The notes below the pieces were generated by a model. It was not told where the DNA came from and searched no databases. It was given only the letters and a program-made list of their open reading frames with translations. From a virus (Duplodnaviria > Heunggongvirae > Uroviricota > Caudoviricetes), in the IMG/VR virus record IMGVR_UViG_3300012348_000120: a DNA stretch of 64,000 nt, one strand, 5' to 3'. The translations under genes were made by a program, and so were the position numbers. This document shows positions 29,073 to 38,701 of this stretch, one piece after another. Every line of letters starts with the position of its first letter. The first letter of the stretch is position 1.

Positions 29073-29329
29073 AGTGCAGTTTCTTTCATATAACGAGTTG
29101 CGATTTCAAATGCTTCTTCCAACGTAAAACGTGTAGAAGCGATAAACTCTGGTGTTCGGCTGGAAGGCATCGCTTCAAAGATACGATGCAATCCTTTATC
29201 CAACACAGTTGTTTCAAATACTTTCACACACCATTTATCTTGGCCACGTTTTTCAATAGTGACATCATCGCCAAGATCAAATCGTGTTGCCAGTTTTAGC
29301 ATATCATTTGGAGTCATTCTCCCACCCAC
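29069..29329 (-). CDS. hypothetical protein
   Basis: 86 aa, coupled. Confidence 0.45.
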   Translation of the reverse strand: MGGRMTPNDMLKLATRFDLGDDVTIEKRGQDKWCVKVFETTVLDKGLHRIFEAMPSSRTPEFIASTRFTLEEAFEIATRYMKETAL

Positions 29330-29541
29330 TTTCCACGAAGAACAGCAAAAGGACCAACGTAAAGATAGGTAAACAGAACAGTTTGGCCTTCGCCCAGTTC
29401 CGTCACTTTACTGAAATATGGCTGAATAAGGTTGTTGTGCCGCCATGGAGTTTTGGATGCCCAATCGTCCGACCAGAAAAACTTGATGATCCGTTCCTTG
29501 GATTTCAGTTCAAACAGTTCGGTTGCCATCACTTCCCCCAA
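29314..29541 (-). CDS. hypothetical protein
   Basis: 75 aa. Confidence 0.4.
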   Translation of the reverse strand: MGEVMATELFELKSKERIIKFFWSDDWASKTPWRHNNLIQPYFSKVTELGEGQTVLFTYLYVGPFAVLRGKWVGE

Positions 29542-29897
29542 TGACCGATGAAGTTGTTCATGTATTCAAAGATATTTTCGGCACCAACGGGGTTCTTGGA
29601 ATGAACCATAAATGCAAACTTCTCAGGAAGTTCTTCAACTCCATCCATCACCATTTCACTGATGCGCTGTGCGATTTCGTAACCAGTCGGTTCGTTTTCG
29701 CCAAGGTCATGATCAAAACTGATCATTACAGGCATACCGTAAGCCAGAATGATATTCTCAGTTTCATACCAGTTACGAGCAATAATCCAATCATGAACAG
29801 TATACATATATTGTTCAGTGAGATTATTCGCCCAAGTCACATCGCTTGGAACTCGCTCATCATCGATGAACAGATTGTAAGTCATTTCATTCTCCAT
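29529..29897 (-). CDS. receiver-like (cyclic-phosphate-processing REC-type) domain protein
   Basis: LFIDDER...SFDHDLG...TGYEIA...HSKNPVG. Confidence 0.7.
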   Translation of the reverse strand: MENEMTYNLFIDDERVPSDVTWANNLTEQYMYTVHDWIIARNWYETENIILAYGMPVMISFDHDLGENEPTGYEIAQRISEMVMDGVEELPEKFAFMVHSKNPVGAENIFEYMNNFIGHWGK

Positions 29898-30162
29898 ATA
29901 TCAATACAAATGCAGCATACTCTGATTCGTTTTGAAAGTCAAGCCAAAACCTGTCCTTTTTTTCATTGAACGTGCATCCATATTGTTTGAGTTCGTTGTT
30001 CAAAAATTTTACAGAAAACCCATCGTCCCTTGTATACCCACTGTCTGGATTGGAAGAATACGTATCTTCCAGATAGTTCATAAAGTTCACCCAATAGACG
30101 GGACACAAATATAATGTGTTACCAAGGTCAACTTTAATGGACATTGATCTTAGCCCCCACAA
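29887..30162 (-). CDS. hypothetical protein
   Basis: 91 aa. Confidence 0.5.
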   Translation of the reverse strand: MWGLRSMSIKVDLGNTLYLCPVYWVNFMNYLEDTYSSNPDSGYTRDDGFSVKFLNNELKQYGCTFNEKKDRFWLDFQNESEYAAFVLIYGE

Positions 30163-30505
30163 GGTTCCATTCCCCCCATTCGTCAGTTATACTATTCTCT
30201 TTGTAGCGGCAATAAGAAGCATCTATCTTTGTCTTGAATTCACCAATGACAGCATCAATCACTTCGTTTTTACATTCACTAAAACGACTTTCATGCGCCA
30301 ACGGAATACCAAGAATAATATAGAGTGTGCAAACCCATGCCGACAATACTAACAGTAAGTTAGTTGATCGGCTTAATGCATATATAAAAATCGGAATGGT
30401 AAGACCACATAGAACAAGAAATACCCACAGCGCAGACTCACTTACGTGTGAGGTTCCAAATATTAGTTCCCCAAGAACCTCAAGGAAAGTGATAAAAGCA
30501 TTCAT
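30134..30505 (-). CDS. membrane protein
   Basis: Two hydrophobic segments. Confidence 0.5.
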   Translation of the reverse strand: MNAFITFLEVLGELIFGTSHVSESALWVFLVLCGLTIPIFIYALSRSTNLLLVLSAWVCTLYIILGIPLAHESRFSECKNEVIDAVIGEFKTKIDASYCRYKENSITDEWGEWNLVGAKINVH

Positions 30506-30668
30506 CCTGTGACCATAAGAGATTTGAAAGTTTCTGCTGCGAAGGTGGACATTTCATTCAGTCCAGATTCATACCCTGCAAACCAAGCACGATAAAGAAG
30601 TTCAGTTGTATCATTGCGCAGCAATGACTCAAGTTCTTCTTTGTTTTCTTCAAACCATTCATCAAACA

Positions 30669-30857
30669 TTATTTTGTTTCCTTGCCATTTTCATATCCAG
30701 AAATATATGCATGTTCAAGCCACGCATATAATCTTCGTCTTGCTAAGTTATGAGACATACGACCTGTCATTACCTTAGCAAGATCAACTTCATCGTTTAT
30801 ACGTTCTCGTCTGGTTGATGAGTTTTCAATTTCATTCAACCATTCATCAAAGTCCAT
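30669..30857 (-). CDS. hypothetical protein
   Basis: 62 aa. Confidence 0.45.
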   Translation of the reverse strand: MDFDEWLNEIENSSTRRERINDEVDLAKVMTGRMSHNLARRRLYAWLEHAYISGYENGKETK

Positions 30858-31100
30858 TTATTCGTTGTCCCGAAGTGCATAGATGCGTTTGATAGTTTCA
30901 ACCGCAAAGTATGAGTTCGCCACTACAAGTAGTGCCATAACTGCTGCGGTAATATATTGTCCTTCCATAATGTTCAGAACAAAAGCCGCTACGGAACTTA
31001 CGATTCCCAACAGATTAATTGCAAAGCCAATATAATTAAAAGTAAGCATGTTCATTCTTGTTCTCCATATTTTGCCCAAGTCCCAGTTTCGTAATTCCAA
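30858..31100 (-). CDS. membrane protein
   Basis: Two TM segments. Confidence 0.45.
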   Translation of the reverse strand: MELRNWDLGKIWRTRMNMLTFNYIGFAINLLGIVSSVAAFVLNIMEGQYITAAVMALLVVANSYFAVETIKRIYALRDNE

Positions 31101-31402
31101 TGATTTACATTATAAATTTTACAAGCAATCATATATCCAAACAACTCAATGTGAATACTTGGACCAGCATGATCTGTCCCACGCCAACAAGTGTCCAAGT
31201 CTAATCTGAACAACTCTGTTGGCGACCATTTTGTAATCTGAAGTTCTGCCGCCCAGTTGTCAGAAAGTCGTTTGTCCCAATAAACAAAATCTTTGCTATC
31301 TACATTATCCTTTGCCCAAGGATTAGTAACTGCAATACTGAATCGGATCATGGTTTCCTCCATAGTGTTGGGCCGAATACAGAATTTTCTTCCACATAGC
31401 AA
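31052..31402 (-). CDS. hypothetical protein
   Basis: 116 aa, Trp-rich. Confidence 0.5.
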   Translation of the reverse strand: MLCGRKFCIRPNTMEETMIRFSIAVTNPWAKDNVDSKDFVYWDKRLSDNWAAELQITKWSPTELFRLDLDTCWRGTDHAGPSIHIELFGYMIACKIYNVNHWNYETGTWAKYGEQE

Positions 31403-31698
31403 TAGCTTGGAACATAATATTCGATGAACATAGTTTTTGCCTCTACTCTGAACACACTTGCCCTATCTTCTGGCTTGTCGCCATGATTGATTACTTCAAG
31501 AGCAATGTCTCTGTTTGTCTTTCCACTTTCCCATTTTGTTTTGTTGTCGGAAAGCATCCGTTGAATGTGGTGTCCAAACCAAACATCATTGAAGTTTCGA
31601 ATACATGGTTTCGGAGTATTGTATTCTTTCTGGTATACGGTGCCAGCACTGAAAGCCAATGCTGCGATACCAACGCCAAGAGCGAGTTGCTTGATCAT
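31348..31698 (-). CDS. hypothetical exported protein
   Basis: N-terminal hydrophobic segment. Confidence 0.5.
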   Translation of the reverse strand: MIKQLALGVGIAALAFSAGTVYQKEYNTPKPCIRNFNDVWFGHHIQRMLSDNKTKWESGKTNRDIALEVINHGDKPEDRASVFRVEAKTMFIEYYVPSYCYVEENSVFGPTLWRKP

Positions 31699-31973
31699 TC
31701 TTTATACTTCTCATCTGTCGGAAGCATCGTATTTTCACAAGACACTGTAAACTGATTTGTCTCAAAAACGTTCAGTTCGATGATTTCCGATTTGGTATCT
31801 GGATCAGCATACGCCGCTGCAATATCGCTCATAATGAGTTCGCCAAGGCGTTTACATTCATCTTCTGTTTGTCCCTCATAACCCATAGAAAAGACCACAG
31901 CGCCCGCATACCAAAGAGTAGTCCAAAATGTCATATTATTTCCTTTTGAATTTTTTAGGCATCGCCATTTCAA
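31695..31973 (-). CDS. hypothetical protein
   Basis: 92 aa. Confidence 0.45.
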   Translation of the reverse strand: MKWRCLKNSKGNNMTFWTTLWYAGAVVFSMGYEGQTEDECKRLGELIMSDIAAAYADPDTKSEIIELNVFETNQFTVSCENTMLPTDEKYKE

Positions 31974-32166
31974 TCAATTCATCCGTGATTTCCTTGACAC
32001 GGACCTTTACGCTTTCATCGCCATTGGCTAACTTGGATAGTAAAACTTGTCGTTCACGATACAAGTCGCCGCGCTTTGACCCAATCCATAGACCAGGAGC
32101 AACCTCATATGGATCAATCATTCCAGTCCCAACATCAAACGAGCAGCAGGAATGCATTGCGACCAA
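31936..32166 (-). CDS. hypothetical protein
   Basis: 76 aa. Confidence 0.45.
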   Translation of the reverse strand: MVAMHSCCSFDVGTGMIDPYEVAPGLWIGSKRGDLYRERQVLLSKLANGDESVKVRVKEITDELIEMAMPKKFKRK

Positions 32167-32278
32167 AGATCATATGGCAAGTTTTCACCATATTCATCTT
32201 TTGTTAGTCCCATCTTTTGAGCAGCAATCATACGAGCAAGAGGTTCTACCTTATCTTCAAGCCAGCTACGATCAAACA

Positions 32279-32635
32279 TTACTTTTCCACTTCTGGTTTT
32301 GGAATGACAGGTTCTACTGCAATCTTTTCAGAAATATCAGCTACATATTCTTTTCTGGATTCCTCGTATGCTTTCAGAAAGTCAAGACGAACCCCTTCGG
32401 AAAGTTCATTTGGAACCAATGAGATATTGCTACCGTGACACCCGCGACCGAAACATGGTTCGTCTTTCCACACTGGATACCCATTCTTGAGAATGGTTAT
32501 TCCATCTGTCGCTACTGTGTAACCATGTGCAGCCATATATGGGTTAAGTTCGACTCCCCATAGTCGCGGATAAGGTTTGTCATCTATACACGCGGATAGA
32601 AGAAGAACAAGTAAGAGTGCTTTTTTCATGTCCAC
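32279..32635 (-). CDS. putative lipoprotein
   Basis: MKKALLLVLLLSAC lipobox. Confidence 0.6.
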   Translation of the reverse strand: MDMKKALLLVLLLSACIDDKPYPRLWGVELNPYMAAHGYTVATDGITILKNGYPVWKDEPCFGRGCHGSNISLVPNELSEGVRLDFLKAYEESRKEYVADISEKIAVEPVIPKPEVEK

Positions 32636-32826
32636 CCACTCCTGTTGCGTTCTTCATCTGTAAACTGACCACCCATACGGTCAGGGTTCAGTCGCCAGCC
32701 CATTTCACTGTTGCTTTCTTCCAGAGCACTGACACGTTTTTGAAGTTGGCGAACTGCCATTTGCAAATGCAATGCATACACCATAAGTTCTTCGTGGCTC
32801 ATTTTTTCAACATCAGGAGTATTCAT
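32626..32826 (-). CDS. hypothetical protein
   Basis: 66 aa. Confidence 0.45.
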   Translation of the reverse strand: MNTPDVEKMSHEELMVYALHLQMAVRQLQKRVSALEESNSEMGWRLNPDRMGGQFTDEERNRSGWT

Positions 32827-33017
32827 TATACTTCTCCATCCAGAGTTTTGATGCCACGGCGTTTCAATTCACGAAGAATCATAAACTCAGCGGCAGCTTG
32901 ATCAACCGCAGAGTCAATCGCCATTAACTGTTTTGATTGAAGAACGTCAAGAGTTTCAAAAAGAGATTCATTGTCAAAACGACGAAGAAGGAAAGAACGG
33001 AAGAACAGTTTCAGCAT
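32826..33017 (-). CDS. hypothetical protein
   Basis: 63 aa. Confidence 0.45.
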   Translation of the reverse strand: MLKLFFRSFLLRRFDNESLFETLDVLQSKQLMAIDSAVDQAAAEFMILRELKRRGIKTLDGEV

Positions 33018-33223
33018 TCTACAATCTCCACAATGTTAGCGTCATGACCAAGAGCATTACCATTCAAGTCCCAGAACAAATCATCGTCAGACCATCCGTA
33101 GGCACAGATGACAGAATCAATCCAACCATCCGAACCAGCAGGAATCAAATGAATAGTCCATTCGCTTCCATCAGAAAGGCGAACCACTTCTTGGCGGCGG
33201 GCGGCATCAGTGAAGTCATTCAT
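33011..33223 (-). CDS. hypothetical protein
   Basis: 70 aa, behind a promoter. Confidence 0.5.
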   Translation of the reverse strand: MNDFTDAARRQEVVRLSDGSEWTIHLIPAGSDGWIDSVICAYGWSDDDLFWDLNGNALGHDANIVEIVEC

Positions 33224-33251
33224 CTGTTGTTTTCCTCTTGGCTACACAATA

Positions 33252-33280
33252 TGTATATATTGATTCGCCTTGAATGTCAA
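33252..33280 (-). promoter_or_regulatory. sigma70 promoter with CGAATCA in spacer
   Basis: TTGACA-N7-CGAATCA-N3-TATACA. Confidence 0.85.
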
Positions 33281-33287
33281 GACAAAT

Positions 33288-33479
33288 CTACTGTTCTGCT
33301 ACCACTTCAAAATCATTCATTGACATATTTGACTTGAAATCACGAAAGCGAGAATGGCTGTCAAACATAACGCCAATCTCAACCTTGTGATTATAAGGAT
33401 GTGCTTTGTGGCCACTGCCCCGCCCATTTGTCGTGATGGTATAGAGTAACCCATTTTTCTTGTAACGAAAAAGTGTCAT
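33288..33479 (-). CDS. hypothetical protein
   Basis: 63 aa. Confidence 0.45.
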   Translation of the reverse strand: MTLFRYKKNGLLYTITTNGRGSGHKAHPYNHKVEIGVMFDSHSRFRDFKSNMSMNDFEVVAEQ

Positions 33480-33655
33480 TTAGACCTCAGATGTTTTTGA
33501 TTTCTTTTTCAATGATGTCAGGGATTGCCCACTTTTTAGAAAGTGCTTTTGAATGAGAAACAGCCGCTTCTTTGTTGGAAAAGACTTCATCAACTTTTCC
33601 ATTACGAAGAACAATCCACACTTTGTCCATTTGGCTTCTCCGTTGTTACTCTATT

Positions 33656-33684
33656 CTTATACAGTGATTCGGAGAGAATGTCAA
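33656..33684 (-). promoter_or_regulatory. sigma70 promoter with CGAATCA in spacer
   Basis: TTGACA-N7-CGAATCA-N3-TATAAG. Confidence 0.8.
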
Positions 33685-34064
33685 TCCTCTCCGAACTGGT
33701 CTTTCAACCTTTCATACAAAGTTCTGTCATTTTCTTCTTTTTGAATACGCTTGCGTTCTTCATCCCTCACCCGAAACTCGTATTCAACATCGGTTTCATA
33801 ACGCTCACCATATAGGACATATGAAGGGCTACAAGAACAATCATGGTAACAACCGCAATCGCGCCTTTCTTCAAATCCCATCTTTTGGTATCGGTCGCGA
33901 TGTTCCGTTTGAAGACATACCAGTTCATTGATCAGACTTTTCAATGAACTGGTAGGGTAAAGAGTTTGACGGTGATAACCGTAATCAAGGTATTCCGTAG
34001 TGCTACCACGATATCTCTTTACCGTAGCAGTGGCACCAACAGGAACACGAATCATCTTTTTCAT
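33681..34064 (-). CDS. hypothetical protein
   Basis: 127 aa; CGCYHDCSC. Confidence 0.55.
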   Translation of the reverse strand: MKKMIRVPVGATATVKRYRGSTTEYLDYGYHRQTLYPTSSLKSLINELVCLQTEHRDRYQKMGFEERRDCGCYHDCSCSPSYVLYGERYETDVEYEFRVRDEERKRIQKEENDRTLYERLKDQFGED

Positions 34065-34456
34065 TACAGTTCGCCAAACTTTTCTTTCAGACGCAGAAAC
34101 TCAACGTATTCAGCATCTTTTTTTAGTTTCTTTTTTTCAGCCATAGCTTTACGTTTGGCAGCAGCATCTTCTTTCCGCTTGGCTTCGGCTTTTTCACGAG
34201 CAGCTTTTTCCTTGTCGGTTTCAGTCCGATCAAAGTAATACGTGATTTTCAATTCGTAGTCATCATCGTAATAACCACCACGAACAGTCGCCATATCAAA
34301 CGTGCCTTCGTCAACCATGCCTTTGGCACGGGCTTTATCTACCACCAAATCTATGTTGGCTTTGATCTGATCAGCCGTGCCTTCAAAGTCATAGCGGCTT
34401 ACTTCAAACTCGTCGCGAACCAGCCATTCACCTTCAACATTACGAGCCATACCCAT
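34064..34456 (-). CDS. hypothetical protein
   Basis: 130 aa. Confidence 0.55.
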   Translation of the reverse strand: MGMARNVEGEWLVRDEFEVSRYDFEGTADQIKANIDLVVDKARAKGMVDEGTFDMATVRGGYYDDDYELKITYYFDRTETDKEKAAREKAEAKRKEDAAAKRKAMAEKKKLKKDAEYVEFLRLKEKFGEL

Positions 34457-34467
34457 TTGGTTTCCTT

Positions 34468-34830
34468 TCAGAGATTCAGTTCAGCGCGTTCTTCGGCAGT
34501 CAACTTTGCCAGAGCATTCCGACGAACTTGACGTTTACGTTCACGTTCACGTTCTTCATTTTCCTTGGATTCCAAAGTCCAATCCATTTCCGTCAAAGCG
34601 GAGTGGCTTTTCTCCGTATATTGGAGAGTCAGAACAAAACGATTTTCGAGATCATCCCGATCAACCACCAAGAACTCGCCATTACGAACTTCAAGTTCGT
34701 AATTCATTTTAGTTGCGCGTTCCAAAGTAGCCATCAGAAAAGTTGGATATTCCGCCTTGGACTGTTCCAGCAGTTCTTCTGCTTTTTTGGCATATCGGAC
34801 GTTTCTCTCTTCTTTGGTTTCGCGGGCCAT
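34468..34830 (-). CDS. hypothetical protein
   Basis: 120 aa; ends ALAKLTAEERAELNL. Confidence 0.55.
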   Translation of the reverse strand: MARETKEERNVRYAKKAEELLEQSKAEYPTFLMATLERATKMNYELEVRNGEFLVVDRDDLENRFVLTLQYTEKSHSALTEMDWTLESKENEERERERKRQVRRNALAKLTAEERAELNL

Positions 34831-34857
34831 GATCTTCTCTCTTTTGCTTACAGATTA

Positions 34858-34886
34858 TGTATAAGCTGATTCGCTACGATTGTCAA
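34858..34886 (-). promoter_or_regulatory. sigma70 promoter with CGAATCA in spacer
   Basis: TTGACA-N7-CGAATCA-N3-TATACA. Confidence 0.85.
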
Positions 34887-34891
34887 GCAGA

Positions 34892-35530
34892 TTATGCCAA
34901 GATTTTGTCGGCCACTTCGTTCATATCATGAAGGGCAAGAATACGAGGATCGCTTTCGTCTTTGTTGTGACCATGTTCAACCAAGAAAGTAGTCAATCCA
35001 AGGTTAGCACCAACTACGGCGTTTTCCCATTTGTCTTCTACCCAGTATTTTACACCTTCGTATTTCTTGATGTATTCAGAAAGAATTTCATCTTTGTCTG
35101 CGCCAGTATCAAGGCAGACAAGTTCTTTCAGCCATCCTTTTCCGAATACTTCTTCAAGGTTCCGCTGACGAGCATGTTTCGCTGCGGGGTCAAGACTGAG
35201 TGAGGTGATTACCACAAACTCATATCCTGCTTCTACCAACCGAGCAATACCAGCACGAGCACCACGAAACGCTTCGAGTTCGCCCATCCAAGCACTTTCG
35301 TTGAACTGACGAACCAATTGTTTCCCCAAGTCACGGGGAATACCAAACTGTTTATCAATCGCATATTGATTTGCATCAACATGGACATAGCCATGTTGAA
35401 CCATCCACCGCTGGAAGGATTTCTCCCAGTCTAGGATCACACCGTCACAGTCGGTGAAGATTACTTTTTCTGACATTTCAATTCCTTTTCTCTTCATTAT
35501 TCTTATACTACCATTTACTCTAAATGTCAA
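34892..35530 (-). CDS. HAD-family phosphatase (5'-nucleotidase-like)
   Basis: DCDGVILDW, VITS, WVEDKWEN. Confidence 0.8.
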   Translation of the reverse strand: MTFRVNGSIRIMKRKGIEMSEKVIFTDCDGVILDWEKSFQRWMVQHGYVHVDANQYAIDKQFGIPRDLGKQLVRQFNESAWMGELEAFRGARAGIARLVEAGYEFVVITSLSLDPAAKHARQRNLEEVFGKGWLKELVCLDTGADKDEILSEYIKKYEGVKYWVEDKWENAVVGANLGLTTFLVEHGHNKDESDPRILALHDMNEVADKILA

Positions 35531-35536
35531 GAAGTT

Positions 35537-35815
35537 TTACAGATAAATGTAGTTTGGTGGTGCTTGCCACACATTTCGGACGATAAAAAAATCATCCAGT
35601 TCAAGAACTTCTACTTGTGGGCGATTGCTATATTTGTGGTCTGGCGTCCTACCAGCAGGAAGATTGCGAGTTACATTATGTAGACTCGCTGCTTCAATTG
35701 CTGCTTGTTTTCGTTTATATTTCCGAGCAGTTTGGACAGACTTTTGTTGTGGACCAAACCCGCCGTTTGGACCCAAGAACATATTCGATTCGCTATCAAA
35801 CAATACGTAGATCAT
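35537..35815 (-). CDS. hypothetical protein
   Basis: 92 aa. Confidence 0.5.
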   Translation of the reverse strand: MIYVLFDSESNMFLGPNGGFGPQQKSVQTARKYKRKQAAIEAASLHNVTRNLPAGRTPDHKYSNRPQVEVLELDDFFIVRNVWQAPPNYIYL

Positions 35816-35987
35816 CAGAGATACCCCAAGACCATTCCATCATCTTCGTCAAGGATTTCAATCAGACACTTCCCAGTTCCAGTAGGGTCTTCCTTGATGC
35901 GATATTCATTCGGCTCCATCAGCCGACATGTTTCTTCCGCAGCAGCACGATTTTTGAAAACCGTGTGGGGAGTATTGAGCAATGCTT

Positions 35988-36263
35988 TCATTTCACTTCC
36001 CGTTCTTTGATGTCAAAGCGATTCCAATCCATTCGCCAATCTTTTTGTTCTTTGAGACTGGAAATGAATGCTTCTGCTTTGTCTGCCGTGGAAAAGAGTC
36101 CCAAACTTTTGGGTTCACCGATAGATGCCCAATCAACTTGTGAAGTCAATCCAATTACTTCAAAGACTATCATATCAAACCTCCGACAGAGTGTAGTAGG
36201 TAGAGACAGAAGTTCCAGCAGCAGTCGGAACCAGCATCGGGCGAAGTTCCGAGAACACTGCAT
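35988..36263 (-). CDS. hypothetical protein
   Basis: True start probably at MIVFEVIG. Confidence 0.4.
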   Translation of the reverse strand: MQCSRNFARCWFRLLLELLSLPTTLCRRFDMIVFEVIGLTSQVDWASIGEPKSLGLFSTADKAEAFISSLKEQKDWRMDWNRFDIKEREVK

Positions 36264-36420
36264 GCCCGAAACCCTTGACTTTCATGCCTTTCATCAGAAG
36301 GCGGGCTTTGAACTGAGTCCGTTTGGTGTAGGGGTCGGTTTCAAGCGCATAGCGAAACTCACCACCATTTTTGAGAATTTCAACAGCTTTGATTGCGCGA
36401 GTAGAAAGTGCAGCGGTCAT
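36175..36420 (-). CDS. hypothetical protein
   Basis: 81 aa, behind a promoter. Confidence 0.55.
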   Translation of the reverse strand: MTAALSTRAIKAVEILKNGGEFRYALETDPYTKRTQFKARLLMKGMKVKGFGHAVFSELRPMLVPTAAGTSVSTYYTLSEV

Positions 36421-36445
36421 GTCATTCCCTCTTTGTTACAGTGTA

Positions 36446-36474
36446 TGTATATAGTGATTCGAAGGGATTGTCAA
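36446..36474 (-). promoter_or_regulatory. sigma70 promoter with CGAATCA in spacer
   Basis: TTGACA-N7-CGAATCA-N3-TATACA. Confidence 0.85.
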
Positions 36475-36480
36475 CTACTT

Positions 36481-37236
36481 TTATTGAGGAGCAAGACCAG
36501 ACTGGTGTATGTCATTTGAAATTGTGTAATAGTTTCTTGTGTTTAGCGGATGAAGGGAATTCGGAAAATCAAAATTATTATCAATCCAAGAATTTACATA
36601 TTTCGCAACTTCTTCATTTTGAGTTCGGCTCATGTGATTCGTTCTACGTGAGGTTTCATTGTATGTTTGAAACTTTTCTGCATCTAACTTGGTTATATTC
36701 CAAAGACATTTTTCATCAAACAGATCAAATGCATATACAAAATATACATCTGGTCTTAGCATTTTTATATGAGAAATCATAGAATAGTAACTTAAAATTT
36801 CATTTGAATATCCGCTATATGCCCAATCTAAGAATTTATTTTCTATATACCGTTTTGAAGTATTAGTTGTTTTAATTCCATTCATATGAGATGTTATACC
36901 TTTTACTTCTCCATATAAACCGTATATTCCAGAAACTTTTAAATTAGTTATGCTTTCTTCTATATCTGTTATAGCCTGATTATTATCATGAACAAACAAA
37001 GTCCCTCTAAAAATATTAGCAGCGACAAAAATTATTTTCTCATGTAGGTGATGTGTTTTTAAAAAGTTGTAATATGAATAATCAACACCAGTTCCAGCAA
37101 ATCCATAATTTGTTATTTTATGTCCGTAGTCTTGATGCAATTTGTATGTCCAAGAATTAACATCTGTTATTTTCTCATGGTCATCATTAATTGAACCTAC
37201 GAAACTGTCTCCATAAATCCCAACATCATAAGGCAT
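36481..37236 (-). CDS. SGNH/GDSL-like protein
   Basis: IYGDSF, NYGFAGTG, RRTNHMS; AT-rich. Confidence 0.55.
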   Translation of the reverse strand: MPYDVGIYGDSFVGSINDDHEKITDVNSWTYKLHQDYGHKITNYGFAGTGVDYSYYNFLKTHHLHEKIIFVAANIFRGTLFVHDNNQAITDIEESITNLKVSGIYGLYGEVKGITSHMNGIKTTNTSKRYIENKFLDWAYSGYSNEILSYYSMISHIKMLRPDVYFVYAFDLFDEKCLWNITKLDAEKFQTYNETSRRTNHMSRTQNEEVAKYVNSWIDNNFDFPNSLHPLNTRNYYTISNDIHQSGLAPQ

Positions 37237-37249
37237 TTTCTCTCCAGTA

Positions 37250-37546
37250 TTATTTCTTGTATTTATTTACTAATGGAGAAATGTTTATAGTGGGTTCTGG
37301 TTCTTTTACTTTCACTATATTTTTCTTTTTTATGAGAACTTTCCAAGCACCCTCATTGAGTTGTTCGCATTTCAAAGCATATGGGTCAGACAAAACCCAG
37401 TGGTGAAACTGACTTTGCATCTGACCCATACCTGTAATCACAACTATGTATTTTTTATTATTCCAGTAACTTTCTTGTGTTACTCTGCGATACTCTTTCC
37501 AAGCATCATGTATTGGAAAACCGTGCAAATCCAGTTTCATAATCAA
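37250..37546 (-). CDS. stand-alone Smr domain protein
   Basis: KLDLHGF...VVITGMG...NEGAWKV. Confidence 0.75.
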   Translation of the reverse strand: MIMKLDLHGFPIHDAWKEYRRVTQESYWNNKKYIVVITGMGQMQSQFHHWVLSDPYALKCEQLNEGAWKVLIKKKNIVKVKEPEPTINISPLVNKYKK

Positions 37547-38391
37547 TCGCCACTGTGCTTATCCAAATCAACGTTTTCTTGAAATAGCCCACGACGATAT
37601 TCGTCAAAGTATAAAACATGTGTTGGATGTGGTCTTGGCTCTGTCCAACGAAACAAATGCGAACGATATATGCCAAACTTTACCTCTGGGGTTTTTGCGC
37701 CATTCTGCATGTCGTTATACACATCATTTGGTAGTGTGGCACCTGAATAGTCAACTATCTTTTTTCCGTCAACGTATGTAATCATTCTGCCAGATTGAGG
37801 GTCACCGCTCCAAACAATATTGACCTCAAAGTCATGCCACTCGCCCAATGTCAATACATCTTTGCCAAGATTATACTGAGTGGTGGTTTTACCAACTTCG
37901 GTTAGTATATCAATATTGAAGTTATTTTTATTCAAGTGATAATATATCGCAGGGGCTGGACCTGCATGCCACTGAAAAAATATCTGTTTTGGATACATTG
38001 GTTCATAGTCAGTTGGAATATAAACACTGAATGCATACCATACACTTTTATCAAGTGGAGGGTTCCAACGTTCTCTTACTTCTGATCGTTCTCTGTCTAA
38101 TGTGCAATCGTTCCAACCTTGTGTTGGATTATCTGGATACGCAGTGTAACAATCACCATCACGCAACTCAAATCGTAGAGCGGTTTGACCCTTTCTCTTT
38201 GTGTCGGTCACAACATCATATGCGTAATCTTGCGCATCTAAGTCAATCGTCTGAAACCATTGACCACGATTCTCATCAGTTGGAAGTTCATCAATAGTTC
38301 CAGCTTGTGCGAAACTGGAAATCAGAAGTGAACATATCAGAAGAAGTTTCTTCATAGAGTAAATGTAGGCGCGAGTCCTTCTCGCACACAT
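37543..38391 (-). CDS. secreted polysaccharide lyase-like protein
   Basis: Signal peptide; RFELRDGD, ERSEV, IFFQWH, KFGIYR. Confidence 0.75.
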   Translation of the reverse strand: MCARRTRAYIYSMKKLLLICSLLISSFAQAGTIDELPTDENRGQWFQTIDLDAQDYAYDVVTDTKRKGQTALRFELRDGDCYTAYPDNPTQGWNDCTLDRERSEVRERWNPPLDKSVWYAFSVYIPTDYEPMYPKQIFFQWHAGPAPAIYYHLNKNNFNIDILTEVGKTTTQYNLGKDVLTLGEWHDFEVNIVWSGDPQSGRMITYVDGKKIVDYSGATLPNDVYNDMQNGAKTPEVKFGIYRSHLFRWTEPRPHPTHVLYFDEYRRGLFQENVDLDKHSGD

Positions 38392-38675
38392 TCTTGAATG
38401 AAGCCAGCAAACTTGTCTGGATACTTCATTTTGACATGGTTGATGATTTGATTAAAATCAGTAGTGTCAGCAGAGTTCTTTTCAACTTTTGTGTCTGTGA
38501 TATTCAAAATAGTAGTAGCGGTTTGCCACCAACGTTTGCGAATGCGGGTTACGAAAAAAATAGTCTCAATCATTTGCTGTGACTTTTCCGCGTTTGCCCA
38601 ACCCTTGACGCTTGTATTTACACCAGGCGCAGGAATGTATGAATGTTGTATTACAATGTATGCTTTTTGTGCCAT
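38352..38675 (-). CDS. hypothetical protein
   Basis: 107 aa. Confidence 0.5.
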   Translation of the reverse strand: MAQKAYIVIQHSYIPAPGVNTSVKGWANAEKSQQMIETIFFVTRIRKRWWQTATTILNITDTKVEKNSADTTDFNQIINHVKMKYPDKFAGFIQECVREGLAPTFTL

Positions 38676-38701
38676 ATTATTTTCCGTTATTCTGTTCTGT
38701 A

